In this document: in pieces, positions 7,074-14,562 of the stretch | Layout: every line of letters starts with the position of its first letter | Position numbering within the stretch: the stretch's first letter is position 1 | Source of the DNA: a virus | Taxonomy: Duplodnaviria > Caudoviricetes | Direction: 5' to 3' (one strand) | IMG/VR virus record: IMGVR_UViG_3300032303_001470 | Location: 1-29,086 of that record | DNA: 29,086 nt | The notes under the pieces: generated by a model | What the model was told of the DNA's origin: nothing | Databases searched by the model: none | The model's input: only the letters and a program-made list of their open reading frames with translations | Made by a program: the position numbers and the translations under genes

Positions 7074-7528
7074 ACGACCTAATAGAACTTACAGAGGAAG
7101 AGTGGTTTGAAACTTTTCAACCACTTCCAAACCTTATAGACCCTAATGCCTCGTTTAACGATGGGGAGCAAGGGTATATGTTTGAGACATATGGCGCAGA
7201 GTTAGATGTTGTTAAAGCCCACGACCCTAATAGGATATGGACTTATTGTGACGGAGACAATGGCGGTACCTATATATTTCAGGGTATGCGTATAGTTAAT
7301 AGGATTGGGTACTTTATAACTTCCGTGCCATTTGATGGTAGCAAGGACTATCAGATACAAATCAGTAGTGATGATGTGTATGAGTGTCCTACCTGTAATC
7401 TGGTTTGGGAAGATGAGATGGCTATCCTACATTATGACAAGTTTGAGGATTTGGAAAAATGCGCTGGTTGCGCTACAATGGAAGAAATCAAAGAGATAGA
7501 AGAAATGGAGAACCAAACTCTTGGCTAA
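7070..7528 (+). CDS. hypothetical protein with C-terminal CxxC...CxxC zinc ribbon
   Basis: AGGAG SD, ATGA overlap; CPTC and CAGC. Confidence 0.85.
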   Translation: MNDLIELTEEEWFETFQPLPNLIDPNASFNDGEQGYMFETYGAELDVVKAHDPNRIWTYCDGDNGGTYIFQGMRIVNRIGYFITSVPFDGSKDYQIQISSDDVYECPTCNLVWEDEMAILHYDKFEDLEKCAGCATMEEIKEIEEMENQTLG

Positions 7529-7679
7529 ATGGGAAATAGAAGTAATATTTGAACCAACAGGCGACTACATGAATTTTGTGTATGAGACTGACAATGAAGA
7601 CGAAGATACCATTTTTAAAGAGGTAGCAAACCAACTATCAATCGTACCTAACCTAGTAGAGAAAAACGAGGTAGAGTAA
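7521..7679 (+). CDS. 52-aa acidic protein, not in ORF track
   Basis: TTG start after GGAG; MAKWEIEVIFEPTGDYMNF...; fills gap and couples to ATG 7679. Confidence 0.7.
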   Translation: MAKWEIEVIFEPTGDYMNFVYETDNEDEDTIFKEVANQLSIVPNLVEKNEVE

Positions 7680-8077
7680 TGGGAGCCCGTTGCACATTCG
7701 TATTTAAACAATCAGAGGACCTAGCAGTAGCGCTGTACAGCCATTGGGGCGAAGACAGCATGTATGAAGATCTTGCTCGTGCTCTGCAGCATGCCGCTCC
7801 ACGTAAAGGGGACACTGAATACTATACACGTATGGCTATTAGTTATCTAATGCAAGATTCTATCTTGGACGAAACAGGGTTTGGAATCTATGCATGTAAT
7901 CCTAATGACTTAGGGTTTGCGGACCATCCAATATTAATTGACCTGACTAATAACACTATCAGTCATGACACTGTTAACCATAAAGACATTGATAGTTTTA
8001 TTAATTATAATTCGCCTGATCCAGTTACAAAGGATGCAGGCATTCCGACAGCGGGGGTAGGGGTCACCCTTCGCTAG
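7679..8077 (+). CDS. hypothetical phage protein
   Basis: 132 aa; MG.R...LY.HW pattern. Confidence 0.8.
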   Translation: MGARCTFVFKQSEDLAVALYSHWGEDSMYEDLARALQHAAPRKGDTEYYTRMAISYLMQDSILDETGFGIYACNPNDLGFADHPILIDLTNNTISHDTVNHKDIDSFINYNSPDPVTKDAGIPTAGVGVTLR

Positions 8078-8084
8078 TTAATAT

Positions 8085-8121
8085 GGGGAGGGCGTGAACT
8101 GTGGTGGGTTGCGCTCTCCCC
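8085..8121 (+). terminator. GC-rich hairpin, putative terminator overlapping next promoter
   Basis: GGGGAGGGCGT...GCGCTCTCCCC followed by pyrimidine tract and TGATACAAT. Confidence 0.6.
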
Positions 8122-8146
8122 CCTTCCTTTGATACAATGAGAGGTC

Positions 8147-8377
8147 ATGATGAGAGTTAGAGTTCTAAGAGCCAGCAAAGAGGAAAAGGTAGCGGTAGCC
8201 ATAGGTAGGCTATTGTCTGACTTTCACCTTGACTTGGAAAAGGTTGGATTTTATTTGGCTAAGGCTTTACCATATACAGTTTATCGCAGGGCATTGGAAG
8301 TATTATCAAGTGCTGAGTTCCAAGAGAACGAAGTAGAACAAACTAGGATTGGATATCGCAATGACAGACTTTACTAA
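8147..8377 (+). CDS. hypothetical protein
   Basis: 76 aa with upstream -10 and GAGG. Confidence 0.75.
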   Translation: MMRVRVLRASKEEKVAVAIGRLLSDFHLDLEKVGFYLAKALPYTVYRRALEVLSSAEFQENEVEQTRIGYRNDRLY

Positions 8378-8633
8378 GGTTTGTGAGATTTTAGGTAGTC
8401 TATACTCTAATTATAGGGATGATGAGGAGTTAGATGATTTTATGGACTTTAATGATTTAGGGCTACCCCTTGCTTATCTGTCTGCTGAAAATCTTTGTCA
8501 GGTATCAGATGACGGTGCTAGATACATAATGGAAACCTGGAACTTGTTTTTACAAAGTCTTAATTTAGAGGATACTGGTAATTGGGATAGCCTAGATGAT
8601 TTGTTAGGTTCTGCCGATGACAAACTAAATTAG
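8361..8633 (+). CDS. acidic hypothetical protein
   Basis: ATG 8361 preferred; F..FNDLGLPLAY motif. Confidence 0.75.
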   Translation: MTDFTKVCEILGSLYSNYRDDEELDDFMDFNDLGLPLAYLSAENLCQVSDDGARYIMETWNLFLQSLNLEDTGNWDSLDDLLGSADDKLN

Positions 8634-8659
8634 CACAAACGGCTCGGGTAACACATTGC

Positions 8660-8786
8660 CAAACCTTTATTTACGAAAAACATATTACGATCCCAAACCT
8701 TTTTTTCCAGATTCATGGACAAACCTTCCAAACCTTATTTTCTAAAAAAACATTACGATCCGCTAGAATATTTTCCAGATTCATGG
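8660..8786. repeat. repeat block A (CAAACCT x4, TTACGA x3, TTTTCCAGATTCATGG x2)
   Basis: CAAACCT at 8660, 8694, 8720, 8729; 16-mer at 8703 and 8771. Confidence 0.85.
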
Positions 8787-8813
8787 TTACTATAGGGATA
8801 TTGGGTATCTTTT

Positions 8814-9344
8814 TTATACCCGCCCAAATGGATAATAGTTTAAATTAAGAACTGCCCTAAACCTTTGGTCTGTACAACTGGTTCCAGTATGCCAGGCCTG
8901 TGAATCAAAAATAACAATTCTATTCTCTATAGATTCTATTTTGATTCCATCTATAAATTTTGTATACCCATTATTATTATTTAAATAAAACACGGCAGTT
9001 AACAAACCAGTATTAGTTGTTAAATCTTTATGATATCCATATTCAAGCAGTTCTTCAGTTCTCATTGTCATATTTGCTTTTATTTTTACTATAGCCAATG
9101 GATTAATTTTTTTTATTAATGGATTTAAAATATTAAAATGGTCTGACTTTATTATATGTGTATTATAGAATGTATGTACAAATTGAAAACTATCTTTAGA
9201 TTCAGCCTCTTTTTCACTTTCACTTACTTTTGACTTATTGTAACTCCATGGGATTGCAGGACTAAGTATAAAATCCTGTATTTGTTTAAAATCTTCTTTG
9301 TCTAAAAAATTATCTATAACCCAATACTCTGGTTTGTTTGCCAT
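8814..9344 (-). CDS. 2OG-Fe(II) oxygenase-like protein
   Basis: HxD (YHKD), distal H (WHTG), R.V.N; IDNFL N-terminus; leaderless promoter 9351-9359. Confidence 0.8.
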   Translation of the reverse strand: MANKPEYWVIDNFLDKEDFKQIQDFILSPAIPWSYNKSKVSESEKEAESKDSFQFVHTFYNTHIIKSDHFNILNPLIKKINPLAIVKIKANMTMRTEELLEYGYHKDLTTNTGLLTAVFYLNNNNGYTKFIDGIKIESIENRIVIFDSQAWHTGTSCTDQRFRAVLNLNYYPFGRV

Positions 9345-9405
9345 CTAACAAGTATATCATTATCTTAACAAACCTTCATATTAAATATAATGATATAATT
9401 TGGCT

Positions 9406-9588
9406 ATGAGCCCAAGACCTTTTTATAAACAACGATACACCCCCTACTTCCAGAGTGCTCATTATCTTAATGAGTCTAACTCATCTAAAATGGAAAAAAA
9501 GATAGAAGCCTTTATAGTTACTGTGTTTTATATACTTACTTTAATACCTCGGAAAATTTTTAGATTCCGTGTTCGTCGTCACAAATAG
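9406..9588 (+). CDS. small basic hypothetical protein with hydrophobic segment
   Basis: TGATATAAT 6 nt before ATG 9406. Confidence 0.6.
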   Translation: MSPRPFYKQRYTPYFQSAHYLNESNSSKMEKKIEAFIVTVFYILTLIPRKIFRFRVRRHK

Positions 9589-9598
9589 TACTATCAGA

Positions 9599-9920
9599 CA
9601 TTACGAAGCGGGATTTATAATCCCATTTCCCACAATATAAAACATACCAAACCTTTCTATATTTTTTCTTGGTTTTTTAAATATTATCCAAACCTTTCTA
9701 GATTTTTTCTCTGGTTTTCTAATACTTTTATAACTTTTTTGTTATGTTTTTATAGGGGTTTTATAGTTGACAAACCATGGTTTTGGGGATATAATGCATG
9801 CCCAATATGAAGGTTTGGAAGGTTTGAAGGTTTGGGGATGGGAGGTTTGGCCGCCAGAACATTACGACGCCATCTATAAAAACGCTCAATCACCCACTAT
9901 CCTCCACTTTGCTCCATTCT
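9599..9920. repeat. repeat block B, origin/terminus-like
   Basis: ~31-bp direct repeat at 9647 and 9688, T-rich tract, palindrome AAACCATGGTTT (9772-9783), AGGTTTG x4 (9811-9849), CATTACGA at 9599 and 9860. Confidence 0.85.
9767..9795 (+). promoter_or_regulatory. perfect consensus sigma70/SigA promoter with no sizeable ORF downstream
   Basis: TTGACA-17-TATAAT. Confidence 0.8.
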
Positions 9921-9938
9921 AACCCAATCTCAAAAATA

Positions 9939-10514
9939 TCAGTAAGAAATAAGTTGTGGATTTTTGTCTCTAAAGTCGTTAGCATCTTTAAATATTGGGT
10001 CTTTTAAACTTACTCTAAGGTGTGTATAGTCTTTTACATTATATGGATCAAAAAACCTTATAAACAACATTTTAACATATTCTCCATCTTTAAACTCCTT
10101 ATGGGTTCTCCAATGAATCTCTTGATTTTGATTAAAGATTAAAGCAGAGTTGTCTTCTAACCTATAAGTCTGCCTATTTAATCCAAGATCCCAAACCGTA
10201 TTAGATGATAATTGCATGTTAAAAAGTAACTCATTTTGATCTCCATCAAAGTGTGGAGGTATATCAGGCTTACCATATAAAAGGTTATACTCTACACACA
10301 AAATGTTACTTATAACAAGATTGCTATGTCCTAAATCATTTACAATGTTTTTAAATTTATGCAATATGCTTGGATTAAACAGTAGTTTTAAATCAGGAAT
10401 AGTCCTTAATCTGCCAAATTCACTTTGTATTTTTGAATCACATTTTACTATAATTTCTTCTATATCTTTTATTTCTTCTTCAGAGAGTATGTTCTTTATG
10501 ATGGATATAGCCAT
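9939..10514 (-). CDS. 2OG-Fe(II) oxygenase-like protein
   Basis: PHFD (HxD) and IHWR; leaderless promoter 10521-10529. Confidence 0.75.
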   Translation of the reverse strand: MAISIIKNILSEEEIKDIEEIIVKCDSKIQSEFGRLRTIPDLKLLFNPSILHKFKNIVNDLGHSNLVISNILCVEYNLLYGKPDIPPHFDGDQNELLFNMQLSSNTVWDLGLNRQTYRLEDNSALIFNQNQEIHWRTHKEFKDGEYVKMLFIRFFDPYNVKDYTHLRVSLKDPIFKDANDFRDKNPQLISY

Positions 10515-10577
10515 TTAAATATTATATCATTTTTTTAAGCGGTATCTAAATTATTTAAATAATGATATAATTTTTTT

Positions 10578-11135
10578 ATGGAGTATACAATAGTAACAAT
10601 TCCCAGAACTGGAAGCAATTATTTAGATGGCCTTATAACACAAAAAATACCTTATTTTCCTAGTATAGTTAGAACACATGAATTTTTTGAAAACCCAGGT
10701 CACATAATAACCTTAGCCAGAGATCCAAAAGATGCAGTTTTGTCAAGATTAGCAATGAGGGCTGCCTACGCTAAACAAAATCTTACCCCATTTCCAGATA
10801 AATTTCAATCTTTTAAGTTTATGGTTGATTATATTAATATGGGAGAAAGATTATATAAAGAAGCCAGAATTATAATAGATTACGATGATTTAATAAATTA
10901 TCCAGATAAGGTAATAAAATATATAGCAAAAGATATGCAAAGGCCATACAAGAATATTGAGTATAAAAATGATTTAAAGGATAAAGAAGATAAAAGTTAT
11001 TTAGTTAGTAGTAAAAACACCACTTGTTACACTGAGTTAAAACCTTTAGTAGACTCCTTAGATTTTACTAAGGCATACAAGGTATACCATAAAATGTTAT
11101 CTAGGGCTATAAAGGTACAAACCGACGGTATTTAA
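10578..11135 (+). CDS. sulfotransferase-like protein
   Basis: PRTGSNYL (5'-PSB loop), RDPKDAVLS (3'-PB), YDDL...P. Confidence 0.75.
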   Translation: MEYTIVTIPRTGSNYLDGLITQKIPYFPSIVRTHEFFENPGHIITLARDPKDAVLSRLAMRAAYAKQNLTPFPDKFQSFKFMVDYINMGERLYKEARIIIDYDDLINYPDKVIKYIAKDMQRPYKNIEYKNDLKDKEDKSYLVSSKNTTCYTELKPLVDSLDFTKAYKVYHKMLSRAIKVQTDGI

Positions 11136-11208
11136 CCATCGCCCTGGCTCCATATTGTTCATATTCTAATTATCCTAAAAAGATAAATTAACGTGGTATA
11201 CTGTTTTT

Positions 11209-11643
11209 ATGGAAGAATTAATAAATCTAATTAAAGTTCTGCTTGCAGATAATATCACCCTTAAACTTAAGGCTCATGGATATCATTGGAACGTAGAGGG
11301 AATTGAGTTCTCACAATATCATGATCTTTTTGGTGAAATATATGCAGACTATGAGCAAGCAACAGATACATATGCTGAATGGCTTAGAAAATTAGATACA
11401 TATGCACCATATAAATTATCTAGATTTATACAGTTAAATGAAATTGGAGAACCAGAAGTTACATCTGATCCAGTAGTAATGTCAAAAGATCTTTTAATGG
11501 CAAACGATATGGTTACAACAAAACTTATAAATGCATTTGATATGGCAACGGCTCAAAGACAACAAGGACTTGCAAACTTTTTTGCAGATCGTATGAGTAT
11601 GCATCAAAGATGGCACTGGCAGTTATCTGCTTCAGTAAAATAA
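11209..11643 (+). CDS. dps: Dps family ferritin-like protein
   Basis: H..HWNV.G..F...H..F.E.Y...D..AE ferroxidase signature. Confidence 0.9.
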   Translation: MEELINLIKVLLADNITLKLKAHGYHWNVEGIEFSQYHDLFGEIYADYEQATDTYAEWLRKLDTYAPYKLSRFIQLNEIGEPEVTSDPVVMSKDLLMANDMVTTKLINAFDMATAQRQQGLANFFADRMSMHQRWHWQLSASVK

Positions 11644-11668
11644 ATTTCTATAAAATAATATAAGTATA

Positions 11669-11822
11669 CACACCTTCAAACCTTTATATCTGGCTATGGG
11701 GATATCAGTCTATAAGGTTTGAAAGGTTTGTTATTACACTAGGGGTTATGGGGATACTTTTGACTTCCCCGCAAAAATAGGATACTAACCGATAGTGCCC
11801 TCTTAGGGCATTGGAAGGTTTG
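11669..11822. repeat. repeat block C: inverted CAAACCT/AGGTTTG arms
   Basis: CACACCTTCAAACCTTTATA...TATAAGGTTTGAAAGGTTTG (11669-11730); another AGGTTTG at 11816. Confidence 0.8.
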
Positions 11823-11827
11823 CTAGT

Positions 11828-12272
11828 TCTATTTTGCGCCGAACCTAATAGATGATATACTTTATAAATGGCCACCATTGTTGATATTGACGATACTCTT
11901 CTTAGAAACGGAACTCAACCTATTCGCAGAGTTATTGATTATGTCAACGCTTTGCCAGGTGCTTTGATTATTGTAACGGGAAGAAATGTATCACAGCGTA
12001 AAGAAACTGTGGCAGCATTAAGAGCAGCAGGGGTTAAGTATTCTAGACTTATTATGAATCCAGGCTCTTCTGCAGATACCGCCAAATATAAGTATGAGGT
12101 TGGAGTTAAACTAAAATCTCAAGTTAGTTTAGCAATTGATAATAATGCAACAATGAGAGCAGCATATTCTAGAGCAGGAATACCAACAAAGGATCCTGCT
12201 ACTATTACGGACATGAAAAAATTTTGGTCAGCATTTTTTAGGCCATAAGATTTACTCTATTTTGCGCCGAAC
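11828..12272 (+). repeat. 17-bp direct repeat flanking HAD gene cassette
   Basis: TCTATTTTGCGCCGAAC at 11828-11844 and 12256-12272. Confidence 0.9.
11868..12248 (+). CDS. HAD-superfamily phosphatase (PNKP phosphatase-domain-like)
   Basis: DIDDTL motif I, VTGR motif II, K, IDN motif IV. Confidence 0.75.
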   Translation: MATIVDIDDTLLRNGTQPIRRVIDYVNALPGALIIVTGRNVSQRKETVAALRAAGVKYSRLIMNPGSSADTAKYKYEVGVKLKSQVSLAIDNNATMRAAYSRAGIPTKDPATITDMKKFWSAFFRP

Positions 12273-12286
12273 TTTATGCTAAAAAA

Positions 12287-12640
12287 TTAAGGCACTGTTC
12301 TCATTATCTTATATGAGTATTGGTTTAAAGGATCATAATCATATCCACCAGTGTTTTTGTTATACCGTCCGATTAATGCGTTATATCTTTCAACTATATC
12401 AGCAAGCATAGTATTGGCTTTATCGATGTCACGACCATGTGCATCTTGTTCTCTTATTAAGTCTAATCTACTACTTGCAATAATATCACTTGTATATCTT
12501 ATGCAGTAATTACTTTGGTCTAAGGTCATCTTACGAGCCTGTTTTAAATCCCCGCCAATAAACAACAAAGACAAACCAAGGATTAGGATTAGGGCGGTTT
12601 GAACCCAGATAATAGTTTTAATTTTAATACTCATACTCAC
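12287..12640 (-). CDS. hypothetical protein with N-terminal membrane anchor
   Basis: Hydrophobic residues ~10-28; TTGACC-18-TATAAT promoter; start may be ATG 12634. Confidence 0.7.
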   Translation of the reverse strand: MSMSIKIKTIIWVQTALILILGLSLLFIGGDLKQARKMTLDQSNYCIRYTSDIIASSRLDLIREQDAHGRDIDKANTMLADIVERYNALIGRYNKNTGGYDYDPLNQYSYKIMRTVP

Positions 12641-12642
12641 CT

Positions 12643-12722
12643 ATTATAGCCTACAGTTGATATAAAGGTCAAGTTAGGGGTGTACTAATTTAATTGACAA
12701 ACCCCCCTAACTTTGATATACT
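12643..12722. promoter_or_regulatory. divergent promoters with 10-bp inverted repeat
   Basis: + TTGACA(12694)-17-TATACT; - TTGACC-18-TATAAT; AAGTTAGGGG/CCCCTAACTT at 12671/12704. Confidence 0.7.
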
Positions 12723-12728
12723 GAATAG

Positions 12729-12830
12729 ATGTTCTGCTTTAAGTGTGGCAATAAACTAATAAACGGCGATTGTGGTTTTTGCCTTGATAATTCAAACGCC
12801 CTAAGAGAGTTTGAGGAAGAAGATGAGTAA
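12729..12830 (+). CDS. 33-aa zinc-ribbon peptide, not in ORF track
   Basis: MFCFKCGNKLINGDCGFCLDNSNALREFEEEDE; leaderless ATG 6 nt after -10. Confidence 0.7.
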   Translation: MFCFKCGNKLINGDCGFCLDNSNALREFEEEDE

Positions 12831-13035
12831 TTGGACCGAAGAGTTATCAGATGAGCATAAAGAACAAATCTGGCACTTTATTGTAGAGACTGTTAAAGAG
12901 ATTCGTGAACAGATTGCTGTAGACATTGAAGGTACCAGTGACCTTTGGAAGGCTAAAGGCCTTAATAAATCCCGTCGAACTTCTAAAGCATTTCAAATAT
13001 CTGCTGCAATTGCAAGGGGCCAAAATGAAATTTAA
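12823..13035 (+). CDS. hypothetical protein
   Basis: ATG 12823 after GAGGA. Confidence 0.75.
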   Translation: MSNWTEELSDEHKEQIWHFIVETVKEIREQIAVDIEGTSDLWKAKGLNKSRRTSKAFQISAAIARGQNEI

Positions 13036-13807
13036 TTTAAAAAATAGTATATTAGATACATTAGAGTATTCTAAAAAATTAATTATTTCTCCTGACATTG
13101 ATGGATTTATGACTGCTAAGTTAATTAATAAATACAATGGATCAATTGTCGTTGGGGCATACGATAAAAACATTTTAACTATTGCTGAAGGCATTAATCC
13201 AGAAGACTGTCTTTTTGTAGATTGTGACATGAATACGCCAGAGTTTGTTTCTATTGGCAATCATATGCGATTGCTTTCTGATAATATTTCTGTTGAGTCT
13301 TTTAACCCTAATCTGCATTTTGAAGTAACAAAATATACAGATAAATTTCCTTATGCAACTTGTTTTTTAATAACATTTGCAACTGGCGTATTAACTTCTG
13401 ATCTTGATAAAAATAAAATGGCATATGCAGACTCTACATATAAAAATTTAATAAAGTATGAACAAAATATGAAAAATTGGGCTTTAAGGTTTTATCATAA
13501 CGAAGTAGAACGAATTTTAAATCCAAGATTATCTGATCATAATGAAAGATTGTGGGTAGAAAAAGAATATCCAAAGCAATCATTTCTTTCAAAACAATTT
13601 GGTAAAACTAGATACATAAAAGCATTAAATGATGCACTTATATCAGAAAAAATAAATCATTTACCAATTGTTCACGGCACAAAATATAAAACAGGATTAG
13701 TAGACAAGAATACTGTAATAACTTATAACAAGGATATAATTTCATATGCAGAAATATATTCTGGAGAATATTCTGTTACATATAATCAAATAGCCGATTG
13801 GGAATAA
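13025..13807 (+). CDS. DHH-phosphoesterase-like protein (divergent)
   Basis: SPDIDG and FVD motifs; GNH where DHH is expected; ATG 13025 after AAGGGG. Confidence 0.5.
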   Translation: MKFNLKNSILDTLEYSKKLIISPDIDGFMTAKLINKYNGSIVVGAYDKNILTIAEGINPEDCLFVDCDMNTPEFVSIGNHMRLLSDNISVESFNPNLHFEVTKYTDKFPYATCFLITFATGVLTSDLDKNKMAYADSTYKNLIKYEQNMKNWALRFYHNEVERILNPRLSDHNERLWVEKEYPKQSFLSKQFGKTRYIKALNDALISEKINHLPIVHGTKYKTGLVDKNTVITYNKDIISYAEIYSGEYSVTYNQIADWE

Positions 13808-13810
13808 ACA

Positions 13811-14500
13811 TTAACTTTCATAAATACTTTTATTTTGAAATAAATTATTTAAAACTTTATCAAAAACTCCTTTAAAGGCTGCGTCTTCTGTTGATAAATA
13901 TACGGATCTTTCTGTTATTTCGTTAGACCTTGAAAGATGTCTTCTATTTACATAAATTTTAACATCTTCCATTTGTGAACCACCAACTTCAAACATATTT
14001 CCATACATGGATCTCCATAAACAACTTGGATATTTTTTTATTATAGTTAATAGTTTATCTTTTTCCATTAACATAGGAGTATGTAATTCATAATCTAATG
14101 CTTTATTAATGCCATTTTCAATTAACTTATTGTTAGTTAATATTAATTTTTTAATATACAATGATGAGCCAGTAATTTTAACATATTTGTTTATTTTATC
14201 CAAAAGCAATCCACTATAAAAATAATCAATGTTGTCTATTTTTTTAATTATAAAAAAATCATCATTCATTAATATAAAGTTATTTGATATTTTATCAGAG
14301 TTACAAACAGCATGTAAATTATTTAAAGCATTTGTATATTTATTGTGATTTTGTTCTATTGGTATGTGGTATCCAGAATACCAGTTAGGCTTGCCACCTA
14401 CTACCCAAACCTTTGCATCTGGAAAACTATGAAGAACAGATCTAATAGAGTATCTTAACTCTTCGTTATCGCCAGATTTACATATGTAAACAAAATCCAT
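13811..14500 (-). CDS. Stealth-like sugar-phosphate transferase / glycosyltransferase
   Basis: D.VY, EELRYSIRS, FILMNDDFF, H.P motifs resemble Stealth conserved regions. Confidence 0.65.
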   Translation of the reverse strand: MDFVYICKSGDNEELRYSIRSVLHSFPDAKVWVVGGKPNWYSGYHIPIEQNHNKYTNALNNLHAVCNSDKISNNFILMNDDFFIIKKIDNIDYFYSGLLLDKINKYVKITGSSLYIKKLILTNNKLIENGINKALDYELHTPMLMEKDKLLTIIKKYPSCLWRSMYGNMFEVGGSQMEDVKIYVNRRHLSRSNEITERSVYLSTEDAAFKGVFDKVLNNLFQNKSIYES

Positions 14501-14562
14501 TAAATACCCCGCTTTATTATAAGTATATCAGAATCTGGTATACTGATATAAACATAGAATAG

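Noticed and set aside
9798-9827. Peptide MPNMKVWKV after the consensus promoter
   Set aside because: ATG lies only 2 nt after the -10, before the expected TSS, and the frame is just the repeat
9811-9850. CsrA/RsmA sponge RNA
   Set aside because: Only about three GGA motifs, not evidently in hairpin loops
8660-9920. CRISPR-like mini-array
   Set aside because: Repeats are short, irregularly spaced and invert; no constant repeat-spacer period and no cas genes
12926-13024. N-terminal extension of the DHH-like ORF
   Set aside because: Overlaps the upstream gene; an SD-led ATG exists at 13025
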